A stretch of 17,309 nt of DNA, taken from the NCBI GenBank assembly GCA_030141605.1, contig JAQGDQ010002503.1, positions 1-17,309 of the forward strand. Reading direction: 5' to 3'. The notes under the pieces are model-generated. The model was not told where the DNA came from. It saw only the letters and a program-made list of their open reading frames with translations, and made no database searches. This document shows, piece after piece, positions 1 to 8,569 of this stretch (position 1 is its first letter; each line of letters opens with the position of its first letter). The position numbers were made by a program, and so were the translations under genes. Origin of the DNA: Tubiluchus corallicola (lineage: Eukaryota; Animalia; Priapulida).

Positions 1-1
1 T

Positions 2-628
2 GCTCCTATTACTTATACAGTGAATCAAGGAGAAAAGGTTGATTTGACTTGTGAGCTAATAATGTGATTCAGGGTGGTTCATATTAAAACTGAATATAAA
101 TCTGCAGGGGGAAGATATTCTCCAAACAATCCGCTTTGGGATTTCTTTTTTGGAGATCCTGGTTATGATTATTATAAAAATCCGCAGCCTGCTATGGGGT
201 CTGGTTCGGGAGTAATTATATCTAGTGATGGTTATATTGTTACAAATAATCATGTGATAGATAAGGCTAATAAAATAGAGGTAACACTGAACGATAAGAG
301 AACATTTGAAGCAAAGTTGGTAGGTAGAGATCCTTCTACTGACTTGGCTTTATTAAGGGTGGATGCTACTGACTTGCCTTATTTAATTTATGGTAATTCA
401 GATGAGTTAAGACTGGGAGAGTGGGTACTTGCAGTGGGTAATCCGTTTAATCTTACATCTACTGTTACAGCTGGTATTGTGAGTGCAAAGTCCCGAAATA
501 TCAATATTGTAAAAGACCGCTTAGCTATAGAATCTTTTATACAAACGGATGCAGCTGTCAATCCCGGAAATAGTGGAGGAGCATTGGTTAATACAAGACT
601 CATTCATTGTTGCCTTTATTGGCGATAA
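2..628 (+). pseudogene. htrA: HtrA/DegP-family (Do/DeqQ) serine protease, 5'-partial, disrupted near 50-75 and truncated at about 598
   Basis: Trypsin-like motifs GSGSGVII, TNNHV (His), TDLALL (Asp) and QTDAAVNPGNSGGALVN (Ser). The same frame reads APITYTVNQGEKVDLT from position 2 but has a TGA at 65-67. Family similarity ends after GGALVNTR, with no GELIGIN strand and no PDZ domain. Confidence 0.85.
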
Positions 629-671
629 ACCCATCTCATTAGAAGAAGCAAAAAAACATACCAATAATTAA
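591..671 (+). pseudogene. 3' end fragment of another gene, resembling the C-terminal SPOR-like tail of Bacteroidota N-acetylmuramoyl-L-alanine amidases
   Basis: Frame 3 reads IQDSFIVAFIGDKPISLEEAKKHTNN* (TAA 669-671). This matches my recollection of the 'DAFIVAF..GK.ISL.EA' C-terminal pattern. Not in the ORF track. Confidence 0.55.
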
Positions 672-746
672 AAAATAACTTTTTGACTAACTTTTTGTAT
701 TTTTTAGTTTCTATAAAAAGAAGAATAAAACAGTATTTTACTACAT

Positions 747-754
747 TAAGTTTG
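747..754 (+). promoter_or_regulatory. Possible Bacteroidota sigma-A -7 element (TAAGTTTG) for mmcQ
   Basis: Matches TAnnTTTG 75 nt upstream of the ATG at 830. Chance matches are common in AT-rich DNA. Confidence 0.4.
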
Positions 755-829
755 AAATAACTTCTTCTGCTTTTAAACTTTTAAAGCTATAATAAAATAA
801 ACCATAGTGTAAACTCATAAGCTTGCTAA

Positions 830-1189
830 ATGAATATTGAAAAAATAAGAGAATATTGTTTAAGTAAGAAAGATGTAACAGAAAGTTTTCCTTTTGATGA
901 TGTTACTTTGGTATTTAAAGTAATGGGCAAAATGTTTGCTTTACTTTCTTTGAAAGAGAAAATGGGGATGAATCTTAAATGTGAGCCTGATAGGGCTGTA
1001 GAGTTACGCGAACGGTATGAGTTTATATTACCGGGTTATCATATGAATAAAAAACATTGGAACACTGTGGAGGTGATGGATGAAAGACTTGCTGATGAGC
1101 TATTGAAGAAGATGATAGACGACTCTTATGGTTTAGTAGTGAGGAAAAATCTTACGAAAAAGCAGCGAGAAGAGTTAGAAAATCTATAA
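830..1189 (+). CDS. MmcQ/YjbR family DNA-binding protein
   Basis: Motifs ESFPFD, FKVMGKMFAL, NLKCEP, PGYHMNKKHWNTV and MIDDSY; 119 aa. Overlaps the 3' end of the convergent ald-like gene by 6 bp. Confidence 0.93.
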   Translation: MNIEKIREYCLSKKDVTESFPFDDVTLVFKVMGKMFALLSLKEKMGMNLKCEPDRAVELRERYEFILPGYHMNKKHWNTVEVMDERLADELLKKMIDDSYGLVVRKNLTKKQREELENL

Positions 1190-2394
1190 AGAAGACAGCA
1201 GTAAATCTATGTTGGTGTAAGGGAGATTAAACTTTGCTCCTAGTTCAGGATTAGTAATAGCTCCATTATAGATATATATTCCGTTTCTTGTGCCTATATT
1301 TTCTTGTAGATAATTGTCCAAGTTTCCTGCATCGCCTATTTCAAGTAAAAGTGGGGAGAGAATATTACTAATAGCAATGGAGGTGGTGCGTGCCACTTTC
1401 GAGGTGATATTTGGCACACAGTAATGTGTAACATTGTGTTTTTTGTAGGTTGGATTTCTAAGGCTTGTAAGTTTAGAGGTTTCAAAAGAGCCTCCAGATT
1501 CCACACTAAGGTCTATAAGGATAGAGCCTTTTTTCATTTTCATAATATTGCTGGCGGGTACTACAAAACGTGGCTTATTCATATATGGTTTTATTGCCCC
1601 TATTACTACGTCTGCTGTTTGCAAAGCTTTCTCTAATATAATGGGGTTGAGCGTAGAAGTAAAAATTTTACTACCAATGTTGTTGGTTAATTCTCGTAAT
1701 TGGCATATAAAATTATCAAAAACCTTCACAGTAGCACCAAGTCCAAGAGCAACACGTGCAGCGGATTCTCCAGTTATGTTAGAGCCAAGTATCACCACTT
1801 CCGTAGGGCTTATGCCTGTAACACTTCCAAGTACTATACCTTTGCCGTTTTGACTGGTGCTTAAATATTCGGCCGCCACTAATATTGCTGTATTACCTGC
1901 TATCTCTCCTATCGAATAGGCTATAGGGTATTTGTCATTATTATTTTTAAAAGCTCAAAGGAGAGAGCTGTTATTTTCTTCTTTATTAATGCCTTTATGT
2001 TTTCCTCTTTTTGGTCTGCAAGGTATAGTGACGAAATTATTGTCTGCGAACCCTTTAATAGTTCTATTTCTTTTAGACTGAGTGGCGAAACTTGCAGAAC
2101 AATATCAGCATTGTAAATGTTGTTTCTTTTTGTGGTTATTTTAGCTCCTGCTTTTAAGTATTGTTGATTTGTGTAATTGGAGGCTTTTCCAGCGTCAGAC
2201 TCCATAATTATTTTATGTCCGTTGCCTGTAAGTCTTTTTACAGCAATAGGAGTTAAAGGTACTCTATTTTCATCCTTTTTACTTTCTTTGGGAACGCCAA
2301 TGAGAAGTGTCCCTTTATCTTTTAAGGTGGCTAACATCTCTTCTTTAGGGAATAGATATTCGCTTGCCTGATATCGGTTGATGTTTGTATTCAT
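1184..2394 (-). pseudogene. ald: Alanine dehydrogenase-like protein (AlaDh/PNT family), split by a 1-nt frameshift near 1944-1952
   Basis: N-half 1921..2394 has IGVPKE, ENRVPLTP and ESDAG. C-half 1184..1879 has ADVVIGA, GGSFETS and HYCVPNI. A -1 shift at the A5 run gives the continuous sequence ...FELLKNNNDKYPIAYSIGEIAGNTAILVAAEYL..., about 403 aa in total. It may be intact in vivo. Confidence 0.85.
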
Positions 2395-2454
2395 TATAAG
2401 TTATGCAATTTTAGGGTAGGTAATATAAATGGTTGGTAGCTTTTTTATAAATAA

Positions 2455-2495
2455 ATCTAAAAAAGTTCCTAAACGTCTTTTTAGATATTTTTTTT
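2455..2495. terminator. Imperfect AT-rich hairpin, possible terminator between tsaE and ald
   Basis: atctaaaaa (2455-2463) is complementary to tttttagat (2478-2486), followed by a T run on the + strand. The stem is weak. Confidence 0.3.
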
Positions 2496-2616
2496 GTATT
2501 TATTCTTTAGTCGTAAAAGTTTGAAACGTTCTAAGTATTATGCTAATAGTTTGTATTAATTATGTTTTTATTTTTTTAAATTTAGATAAATAATTTAAAT
2601 ACCGCAAATAAAAATT

Positions 2617-3042
2617 TTATTTTTTGTGGGATGATATTTTTCTGCTTCCTTTTCCATCGATGGTCATCTGTATATGAATAGTAGTCGGAGGTAGCAGAGA
2701 TTCTATTATTTCAGCCCATTCTATAAAACAATAATTCCCACTGTAAAAATAATCCTCACAACCTATTTCTATAGCTTCATCAAGATTTTTTACTCGGTAA
2801 AAATCGAAGTGATAGATTTTTTTATTGTTGGATAGAGTGTATTCGTTGATGATGGAAAAAGAAGGGCTATTGACTACATTTTTTACTCCTAATTGCTTGC
2901 AAAGAGCTTTGATAAAAGTTGTTTTTCCCACACCCATATCTCCGTAGAAAGCAAAAATGCGTTTGTCTTTGAAATGCATAAGAAATTCTTGAGCTTTTTG
3001 CTGTATATCTTTCAGATGTTGTATTTCTATGTTGAGCATCAT
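2617..3042 (-). CDS. tsaE: tRNA threonylcarbamoyladenosine biosynthesis ATPase TsaE
   Basis: Walker A GDMGVGKT, plus SPSF, HFDFYR and IEWAE motifs; 141 aa. Confidence 0.96.
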   Translation of the reverse strand: MMLNIEIQHLKDIQQKAQEFLMHFKDKRIFAFYGDMGVGKTTFIKALCKQLGVKNVVNSPSFSIINEYTLSNNKKIYHFDFYRVKNLDEAIEIGCEDYFYSGNYCFIEWAEIIESLLPPTTIHIQMTIDGKGSRKISSHKK

Positions 3043-3108
3043 TATTCAGTAAGTCAAAAAATAATATACAATACTAAAATACTGATATTTGTGTGTATAT
3101 GGCTGATG

Positions 3109-3795
3109 TTATGTTGGTTTTTTTATTTCGTACTGTATAGGGTCTTCTATATTTGCATCTGCAAAGGCTTTTAAACGTAGGTTGCAGCTATCACATATGC
3201 CACAGGCTTTTTCTCGTCCGTTGTAGCACGACCATGTGAGACTAAAATCTACTCCTAGTTTTTGTCCTAGTTTTATTTCATCTGCCTTAGTCATATTGAT
3301 AAAAGGGGTATGTATCTTAATAGCTTTCTTCTCTTCTTCACCAAGAGCAGTACCTTTGTTTATGGCTTGTTGCATTGCTTCTATAAATTCTGCTCGACAA
3401 TCTACATAGCCTGAATAATCTACTTGGCTAACTCCTATGAATATATGTTGGGCTTGCAAAGTTTCTGCATAAGAAGCAGCTAAAGATAAAAATACCATAT
3501 TACGAGCTGGAACATAGGTGATAGGTGTTTGTTTAGAATTGTCTATGGCAATTGGAACATCTATATTGCTATCTGTGAGAGCCGAACCGCCCCATTCGTC
3601 AAGGTTGAGATGAATGTTCTTATGATTCTTTATATTGAGTTTTTTTATAGTCTGTTCTATACTGTTAAGCTCTTTGCTGTGCTTTTGTCCATAGTTGATA
3701 GTAATAGTATGACAATCGTAGCCTTCGTGTTGTGCAAGGTAAAGCAATATAGTAGAGTCTAGCCCACCTGATGTCAGAATAACAGCTTTTTTCAT
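3109..3795 (-). CDS. queC: 7-cyano-7-deazaguanine (preQ0) synthase QueC
   Basis: PP-loop SGGLDS, YGQKH, TYVPARN, YVDCRAEF, and Zn ligands in TWSCY...CGICDSC. Confidence 0.96.
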   Translation of the reverse strand: MKKAVILTSGGLDSTILLYLAQHEGYDCHTITINYGQKHSKELNSIEQTIKKLNIKNHKNIHLNLDEWGGSALTDSNIDVPIAIDNSKQTPITYVPARNMVFLSLAASYAETLQAQHIFIGVSQVDYSGYVDCRAEFIEAMQQAINKGTALGEEEKKAIKIHTPFINMTKADEIKLGQKLGVDFSLTWSCYNGREKACGICDSCNLRLKAFADANIEDPIQYEIKKPT

Positions 3796-3797
3796 AT

Positions 3798-4574
3798 TTA
3801 CTGTGTGATAGAATTTACAAAATCTTTTATGTTTTCTTCCAAATTATTACTTCGGTTTAGTGTCTTTATAAAAGCACTTCCTATAATTGCTCCACTAGTG
3901 TATTTGCAGGCTTTTTTGAAGGTTTGGTTGTTGGAAATACCAAAACCAATAAGTTGAGGGTTTCTTAGCTCCATTGCTTGTATCCGTTGAAAATACTTTT
4001 CTTGTTCTTGCTCTATGCTGTTTCTTGTTCCAGTGGTAGAGGCAGATGATACAAGGTAGATGAAAGCATCGGATATTTTATCTATGTACCTTATTCGCTC
4101 TTCTGAAGTTTGTGGAGTAATGAGAAAAATGTTTTTAAGGTTGTATTGTTTGTAGAGCTTTTGATACTGCTTAATATATTCGTCTATCGGAAGGTCAGGT
4201 ATAATAGTTCCATCTATGCCTACTTCTTTACATCTCTTGCAAAATTTCTCAACATCATAATGTAATATAGTATTGAGATACCCCATAAGTATAAGGGGTG
4301 TGCTGGAAATAGTTTTTCGTATATCTTTTAATTGTTTGAACAATTTTTCCAAGCTCATCCCATTTTGTAAAGATTGTTCGCTACTCTTTTGTATAGTCTC
4401 ACCATCTGCCAAAGGGTCAGAAAAAGGAATGCCTATTTCTATAAGATCAGCTCCAGATTGCGACAATTGCTGTATGATGGTAGTAGTGTCGTTTAATTGT
4501 GGATAACCTGCGGTAAAATAAACAGATAATATATTATTAAGTTTGTTTTGAAATAATGTATTTATTCTGTTCAT
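3798..4574 (-). CDS. trpA: Tryptophan synthase alpha subunit
   Basis: TAGYP, IEIGIPFSDPLADG (catalytic Glu and Asp), LMGYLN, IIPDLP, GFGIS and IIGSA. Confidence 0.97.
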   Translation of the reverse strand: MNRINTLFQNKLNNILSVYFTAGYPQLNDTTTIIQQLSQSGADLIEIGIPFSDPLADGETIQKSSEQSLQNGMSLEKLFKQLKDIRKTISSTPLILMGYLNTILHYDVEKFCKRCKEVGIDGTIIPDLPIDEYIKQYQKLYKQYNLKNIFLITPQTSEERIRYIDKISDAFIYLVSSASTTGTRNSIEQEQEKYFQRIQAMELRNPQLIGFGISNNQTFKKACKYTSGAIIGSAFIKTLNRSNNLEENIKDFVNSITQ

Positions 4575-4659
4575 TGTTTTATGAATTAAAAGTTGCTATG
4601 TTGAAATTAGATAATGTGTTATTAAATAACAATAATACGAGGTATTTAATTATATTCCT

Positions 4660-5847
4660 TTAAATTTTATCCTTCATTTTTTTTATGTAAGTCTCAAGGT
4701 CTTTATCCCCTCTTCCAGATAGGTTGATAATTACAGTCTGGTCTTTTTTTAATTTTATTTTAGGTAATACAGCAAGAGCGTGGGCTGTTTCTAATGCAGG
4801 AATAATACCTTCTAATCTGGCGAGTTGCAAGACTGCTTGTAGGGCTTCATCATCATTTGCATTAAGGTATTTTACTCTGCCTGTTTGGTGCAAAAAAGCG
4901 TGTATTGGGCCTATTCCGGGGTAGTCTAATCCTGCTGAAATGGAATAAGGTTCAGTGATTTGTCCATCGTTGTTTTGCATCAATAGAGTTTTGCACCCGT
5001 GTATAATACCTTCTGACCCTTTTGCAATGGTAGCGGCAGTTTTTTCTGTGTTTATACCTAGTCCAGAGGCTTCTACTGCTATGAGTTTTATTTTTTTGTT
5101 TTCAAGGTAGTGATAAAAAGCTCCAATGGCGTTGCTTCCTCCTCCTACGCAGGCTATAATGGTGTTGGGGTTGGGATTGCCTGTTTGTTCTTGTAATTGC
5201 TGTTGTATTTCTTGGCTTATGATGGCTTGAAATTGGGTTACAATTTCTGGATAGGGATGAGGTCCTATAGAAGAGCCTATTATGTAGTGTGTATTGGTAG
5301 GATTGTTTATCCAGTCTCTTATGGCTTCATTGGTAGCATCTTTTAGTGTTTTATTTCCGCAGGTGGCAGCAACTACTTTTGCTCCAAGCATTTTCATTCT
5401 TGCTACGTTGGGGGCTTGTCGTTTTATATCAGTTTCTCCCATATATACTATGCACTCTATCCCCTTCAGTGCGCATACTGTGGCTGTGGCTACGCCGTGT
5501 TGTCCTGCTCCTGTTTCTGCTATTATTCTTGTTTTTCCCAATCTTTGTGCCAGAAGTATTTGACCTATGGTATTATTTATTTTATGAGCCCCTGTATGGT
5601 TAAGGTCTTCTCTTTTTAGGTATATGTGAACATTGTAATGGCTAGATAGGCGTGTGGCATAATAGAGAGGAGTAGGGCGTCCTACATAGTTTTTGAGTAG
5701 GTCTTTGAATTCTTGTTGAAAGGCAGTTTCATTTATTATTTGTTGGTAGTTTTCTGTTAGTTCTTTGATATTGGGATAGAGCATTTCAGGAATATAAGCT
5801 CCTCCAAATTTTCCGTAGTAGCCTTTGCTGTCGGTTGTATATTTCAT
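4660..5847 (-). CDS. trpB: Tryptophan synthase beta subunit
   Basis: KREDLNHTGAHKINN (PLP lysine), AETGAGQHG, CVGGGSNA, SISAGLDYPG and LSGRGDKD. Confidence 0.98.
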   Translation of the reverse strand: MKYTTDSKGYYGKFGGAYIPEMLYPNIKELTENYQQIINETAFQQEFKDLLKNYVGRPTPLYYATRLSSHYNVHIYLKREDLNHTGAHKINNTIGQILLAQRLGKTRIIAETGAGQHGVATATVCALKGIECIVYMGETDIKRQAPNVARMKMLGAKVVAATCGNKTLKDATNEAIRDWINNPTNTHYIIGSSIGPHPYPEIVTQFQAIISQEIQQQLQEQTGNPNPNTIIACVGGGSNAIGAFYHYLENKKIKLIAVEASGLGINTEKTAATIAKGSEGIIHGCKTLLMQNNDGQITEPYSISAGLDYPGIGPIHAFLHQTGRVKYLNANDDEALQAVLQLARLEGIIPALETAHALAVLPKIKLKKDQTVIINLSGRGDKDLETYIKKMKDKI

Positions 5848-5848
5848 T

Positions 5849-7006
5849 TTAATATCTTATTTTTTTCAAAGCACCTGTATTGGGGTGGTATTCTATTTGT
5901 GTGTTGGGGGTTAAATTTTGTATAGGTAGTGATATTAGTTCTCCAAATTGTGGCATAAGTATTTGTTCTGTGTGTAATATGTGTTTCCCGCGAATTATTT
6001 CTATTGTCGTTCTAGCGGGTTTTTGGTAATATAATTTTTGTTGCGAAAGGTTTTGGACACTTGTGCTGGCAATAGTTTGATGATTGCTTTTTTCTAGGGT
6101 AAAGTGTATGTCTATGGGAGTGTTTTTGGGGTCTTTGCTTTTAGATATTCCTGCTTGTTTGGAGAAGTAGCATAATGTTGTTTTTTGCGAGGTATTAGGG
6201 GTTATTGTATAATGGTATTGTTGTGTGGTGGTGGTAGTGGTTCCTGTAAAAAGTTCTAAATGTTGTTGTTCTATGAGGTTGAGTTGCTCTACTGCTACTT
6301 GGTAAGCGTCTCCATTGGGCAACACTGTTTCATACTCTGCAGAGAGAAGGTCTAGTTTTCGCTGTCTTACTTCGTAAATAAACTCAGAGGCTTCAAGAGC
6401 TTTTAAGTCTATGTTTTTAGGAATAATTTGCTTCTTTATTACAGGCACTATTGTTGTTCCTGTATCTGTTTCTTTAGTAAGAAAGGTATTTTCTTCTTTT
6501 ATTTGGTATATTTCGTTGTGGGCAATGTGTCCATATGTTATATCTTTGGTTTTAGTTGTGGGGTTGTAGTTTTCAAGTTGCGGCTTGTAAGTTGTGGATT
6601 GTAAGTTGTGGATTGTAGGTTCTAAATTAATACCCAGCAAAATTCCGTCTTCTGATAGGTGAACACTGGGGTTGTTGCCATTGCCATTAAGGATTAGTTG
6701 GTATTGCTTTTTTGAAGGTTTTGTGTGTGTAGTAATTTCTATGCTACTGATAGTCCAAGTGGTTTCATCTTGTTGTATTACGTTTTGTAAATCAAAGTAT
6801 TTTTTAGCATATTCTTTGAAAATTCCTGTGTGTGTCTTTGTTTTTGTGGTGTTTATGGTTATTTGCAAGCTTGTGTGGGGAAGGGCATAACTCAGAATAT
6901 GGCTTGGTTGTTCTTCTGTGTTTTTAGGTTTGGAGTAGTTCGCATTGCTTATGAATAGCAGTATGACTATTAAGAATTTGAAGAGTGTTTGTCTTTTTCT
7001 TATCAT
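5849..7006 (-). CDS. DUF4831-like exported protein
   Basis: Signal-peptide-like N-terminus, plus YALP, YAKKYF, LSEDGILLGIN, LELFTG, PQFG and C-terminal P.TGAL motifs. Its position downstream of nnr fits my recollection of Bacteroidota DUF4831. Confidence 0.75.
   Translation of the reverse strand: MIRKRQTLFKFLIVILLFISNANYSKPKNTEEQPSHILSYALPHTSLQITINTTKTKTHTGIFKEYAKKYFDLQNVIQQDETTWTISSIEITTHTKPSKKQYQLILNGNGNNPSVHLSEDGILLGINLEPTIHNLQSTTYKPQLENYNPTTKTKDITYGHIAHNEIYQIKEENTFLTKETDTGTTIVPVIKKQIIPKNIDLKALEASEFIYEVRQRKLDLLSAEYETVLPNGDAYQVAVEQLNLIEQQHLELFTGTTTTTTQQYHYTITPNTSQKTTLCYFSKQAGISKSKDPKNTPIDIHFTLEKSNHQTIASTSVQNLSQQKLYYQKPARTTIEIIRGKHILHTEQILMPQFGELISLPIQNLTPNTQIEYHPNTGALKKIRY
6585..6619. repeat. 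14-bp tandem repeat, 2.5 copies, with 7-nt sub-periodicity, inside the DUF4831-like CDS
   Basis: ttgtaag ttgtgga ttgtaag ttgtgga ttgtagg. Positions 6585-6598 and 6599-6612 are identical. Confidence 0.85.
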
Positions 7007-7010
7007 TTTT

Positions 7011-8531
7011 TTAATTGTTTTTTAATGTTCTAAAAGCATTTGTTAAATTTCTCACAACATCAGAGGGTGTCATATATTCATACTCAAGTTTCTGGGCTGT
7101 AATATCTCCTGCCAATCCGTGCAAATAAACAGCGGCTAGGCAAGTATGCAAATGAGTATAACCTTGTGCTAACAATGATAGAAGAATGCCTGTAAGTATG
7201 TCTCCACTGCCTCCTTTTGCCATACCAGGGTTGCCTGTTGAGTTTATGTAGCACTCTCCTTTGGGCGTTGCTATGCTTGTATTAGCTCCTTTTAGTATAA
7301 CATAGATTTTGTGAGCAATAGAGAATTGCAACAGTTTTTGTAGGCGTTGGTAATGATTGACAGTTGTTCCTGCGAGGCGTTCAAATTCTTTGGGGTGTGG
7401 TGTGAGTATGCTGTTAGGAGGTATTTGATTTATTAGTTTGGGGTTTTTTCCTAATAGGTTGATGGCATCTGCATCTAATATTAGGGGTTGTGTGGTATTT
7501 TTTATGAGAGTTTTTAAGTTTTCTAAACTATGTTCGGTTTCTCCTATACCACAACCTATGGCTGTAGCTGTATATTTTTTTAAGAAGATTTTTATGTTTT
7601 TTTGCTTGGATAGTTTGTGAGGAGTGGTCATTGCTTCTGGCAGTGTAGTGTGCAATGGAGTGCGTGCCTTTTTAGGTAGGCAGCAGGTCAGTAGTCCTAC
7701 TCCACTTCTTATACAACTTTGTGCTGCAAGGATAGCAGCTCCTACTGTGCCTTCGTTTCCTGCAATGAGCAGTGCGTGTCCATAGTTGCCTTTGTGTGAG
7801 TGTTTTTTTCTTTTTTTTAGTAATGGGGCTATGTTTTTGTTTTGTAGGTAGTGGTAGTTGGTTTCTATTTCTTTTTTTGCTTGGGGGTGTAGCTTTATGG
7901 GGATGGTGCATAGTTCTCCTATGTAGTCGTCATTTTCTGCTAGTAGTTGTGCTATTTTGGGAAATTCGAGGGTAAGTGTGTATGTGGCTTTAATAATGAC
8001 TTGGTTGGGGATAGTGTGGTTTTCTTCGCCAAACAGTCCAGAGGGTGTGTCTATGGATATAACTTTGTTTGAAATACTGTTAATATGTTTTATAACATTA
8101 GCATATAAACCTTCTGTTATAGGTTTGTTGAGTCCCGTACCAAAGAGTGCATCTATAATGAAATATTCTTTGGGTATTGGAGGAAATTCTTCTATGCTTT
8201 CTATTTGAGTTAGTTTTGCTTTGCTTATTTTTTGCAGTCGCTTTAAGTTAATGGCTGCATCAGGCGAAAGAGAGTTGTTGCTTGTTTTTATTATATAGGT
8301 GTTTATTTCTTTATTTTGCTCAACAAGTAGTCTAGCTATTGCTAAGCCATCACCTCCATTGTTTCCTGTACCGCATAGTATTACAAATCCTTTTTGCGAA
8401 GGGTGTTGGGATAGTATCCATTGAACAAGAGCAGTAGCAGCTCGTTCCATCAAATCTATAGAAACAATGGGCTCTTTTTCTATGGTTAGTTTATCTATTA
8501 GAGCTATGTCTTTGGATTTGAATATTTTCAT
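7011..8531 (-). CDS. nnr: Bifunctional NAD(P)H-hydrate epimerase/dehydratase (YjeF/Nnr)
   Basis: YjeF_N motifs LMERAA, GTGNNGGDG, DALFGTG and DTPSG. Kinase-like C-domain motifs HKGNYG, LDADA, LTPHPKEFERL and GGSGDIL. Confidence 0.96.
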   Translation of the reverse strand: MKIFKSKDIALIDKLTIEKEPIVSIDLMERAATALVQWILSQHPSQKGFVILCGTGNNGGDGLAIARLLVEQNKEINTYIIKTSNNSLSPDAAINLKRLQKISKAKLTQIESIEEFPPIPKEYFIIDALFGTGLNKPITEGLYANVIKHINSISNKVISIDTPSGLFGEENHTIPNQVIIKATYTLTLEFPKIAQLLAENDDYIGELCTIPIKLHPQAKKEIETNYHYLQNKNIAPLLKKRKKHSHKGNYGHALLIAGNEGTVGAAILAAQSCIRSGVGLLTCCLPKKARTPLHTTLPEAMTTPHKLSKQKNIKIFLKKYTATAIGCGIGETEHSLENLKTLIKNTTQPLILDADAINLLGKNPKLINQIPPNSILTPHPKEFERLAGTTVNHYQRLQKLLQFSIAHKIYVILKGANTSIATPKGECYINSTGNPGMAKGGSGDILTGILLSLLAQGYTHLHTCLAAVYLHGLAGDITAQKLEYEYMTPSDVVRNLTNAFRTLKNN

Positions 8532-8569
8532 TGAGCTTTTGACTACTGATTGCTTGATAAAAACAAATA

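Noticed and set aside
56-603. Minus-strand ORFs 56..253 and 388..603
   Set aside because: Antisense shadows of htrA with no motifs.
3109-3795. queC as part of a Dpd, QatABCD or CBASS type IV defence system
   Set aside because: It is a canonical-length housekeeping QueC with no dpdA/tgt, TatD, ATPase or cyclase neighbours.
4617-4631. Palindrome tgttat-taa-ataaca between trpB and trpA
   Set aside because: Short and AT-rich, so expected by chance. No leader peptide or attenuator structure accompanies it.
7801-7820. T7/T8 runs in nnr as a phase-variation tract
   Set aside because: They encode LKKRKKH in an intact frame, and such runs are common in this AT-rich sequence.
1424-8208. Numerous short ORFs overlapping ald, tsaE, queC, trpA, trpB, the DUF4831-like gene and nnr, some Cys/Phe/Val-rich
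   Set aside because: They lie wholly or largely within well-supported genes, and their composition follows from the strand skew.
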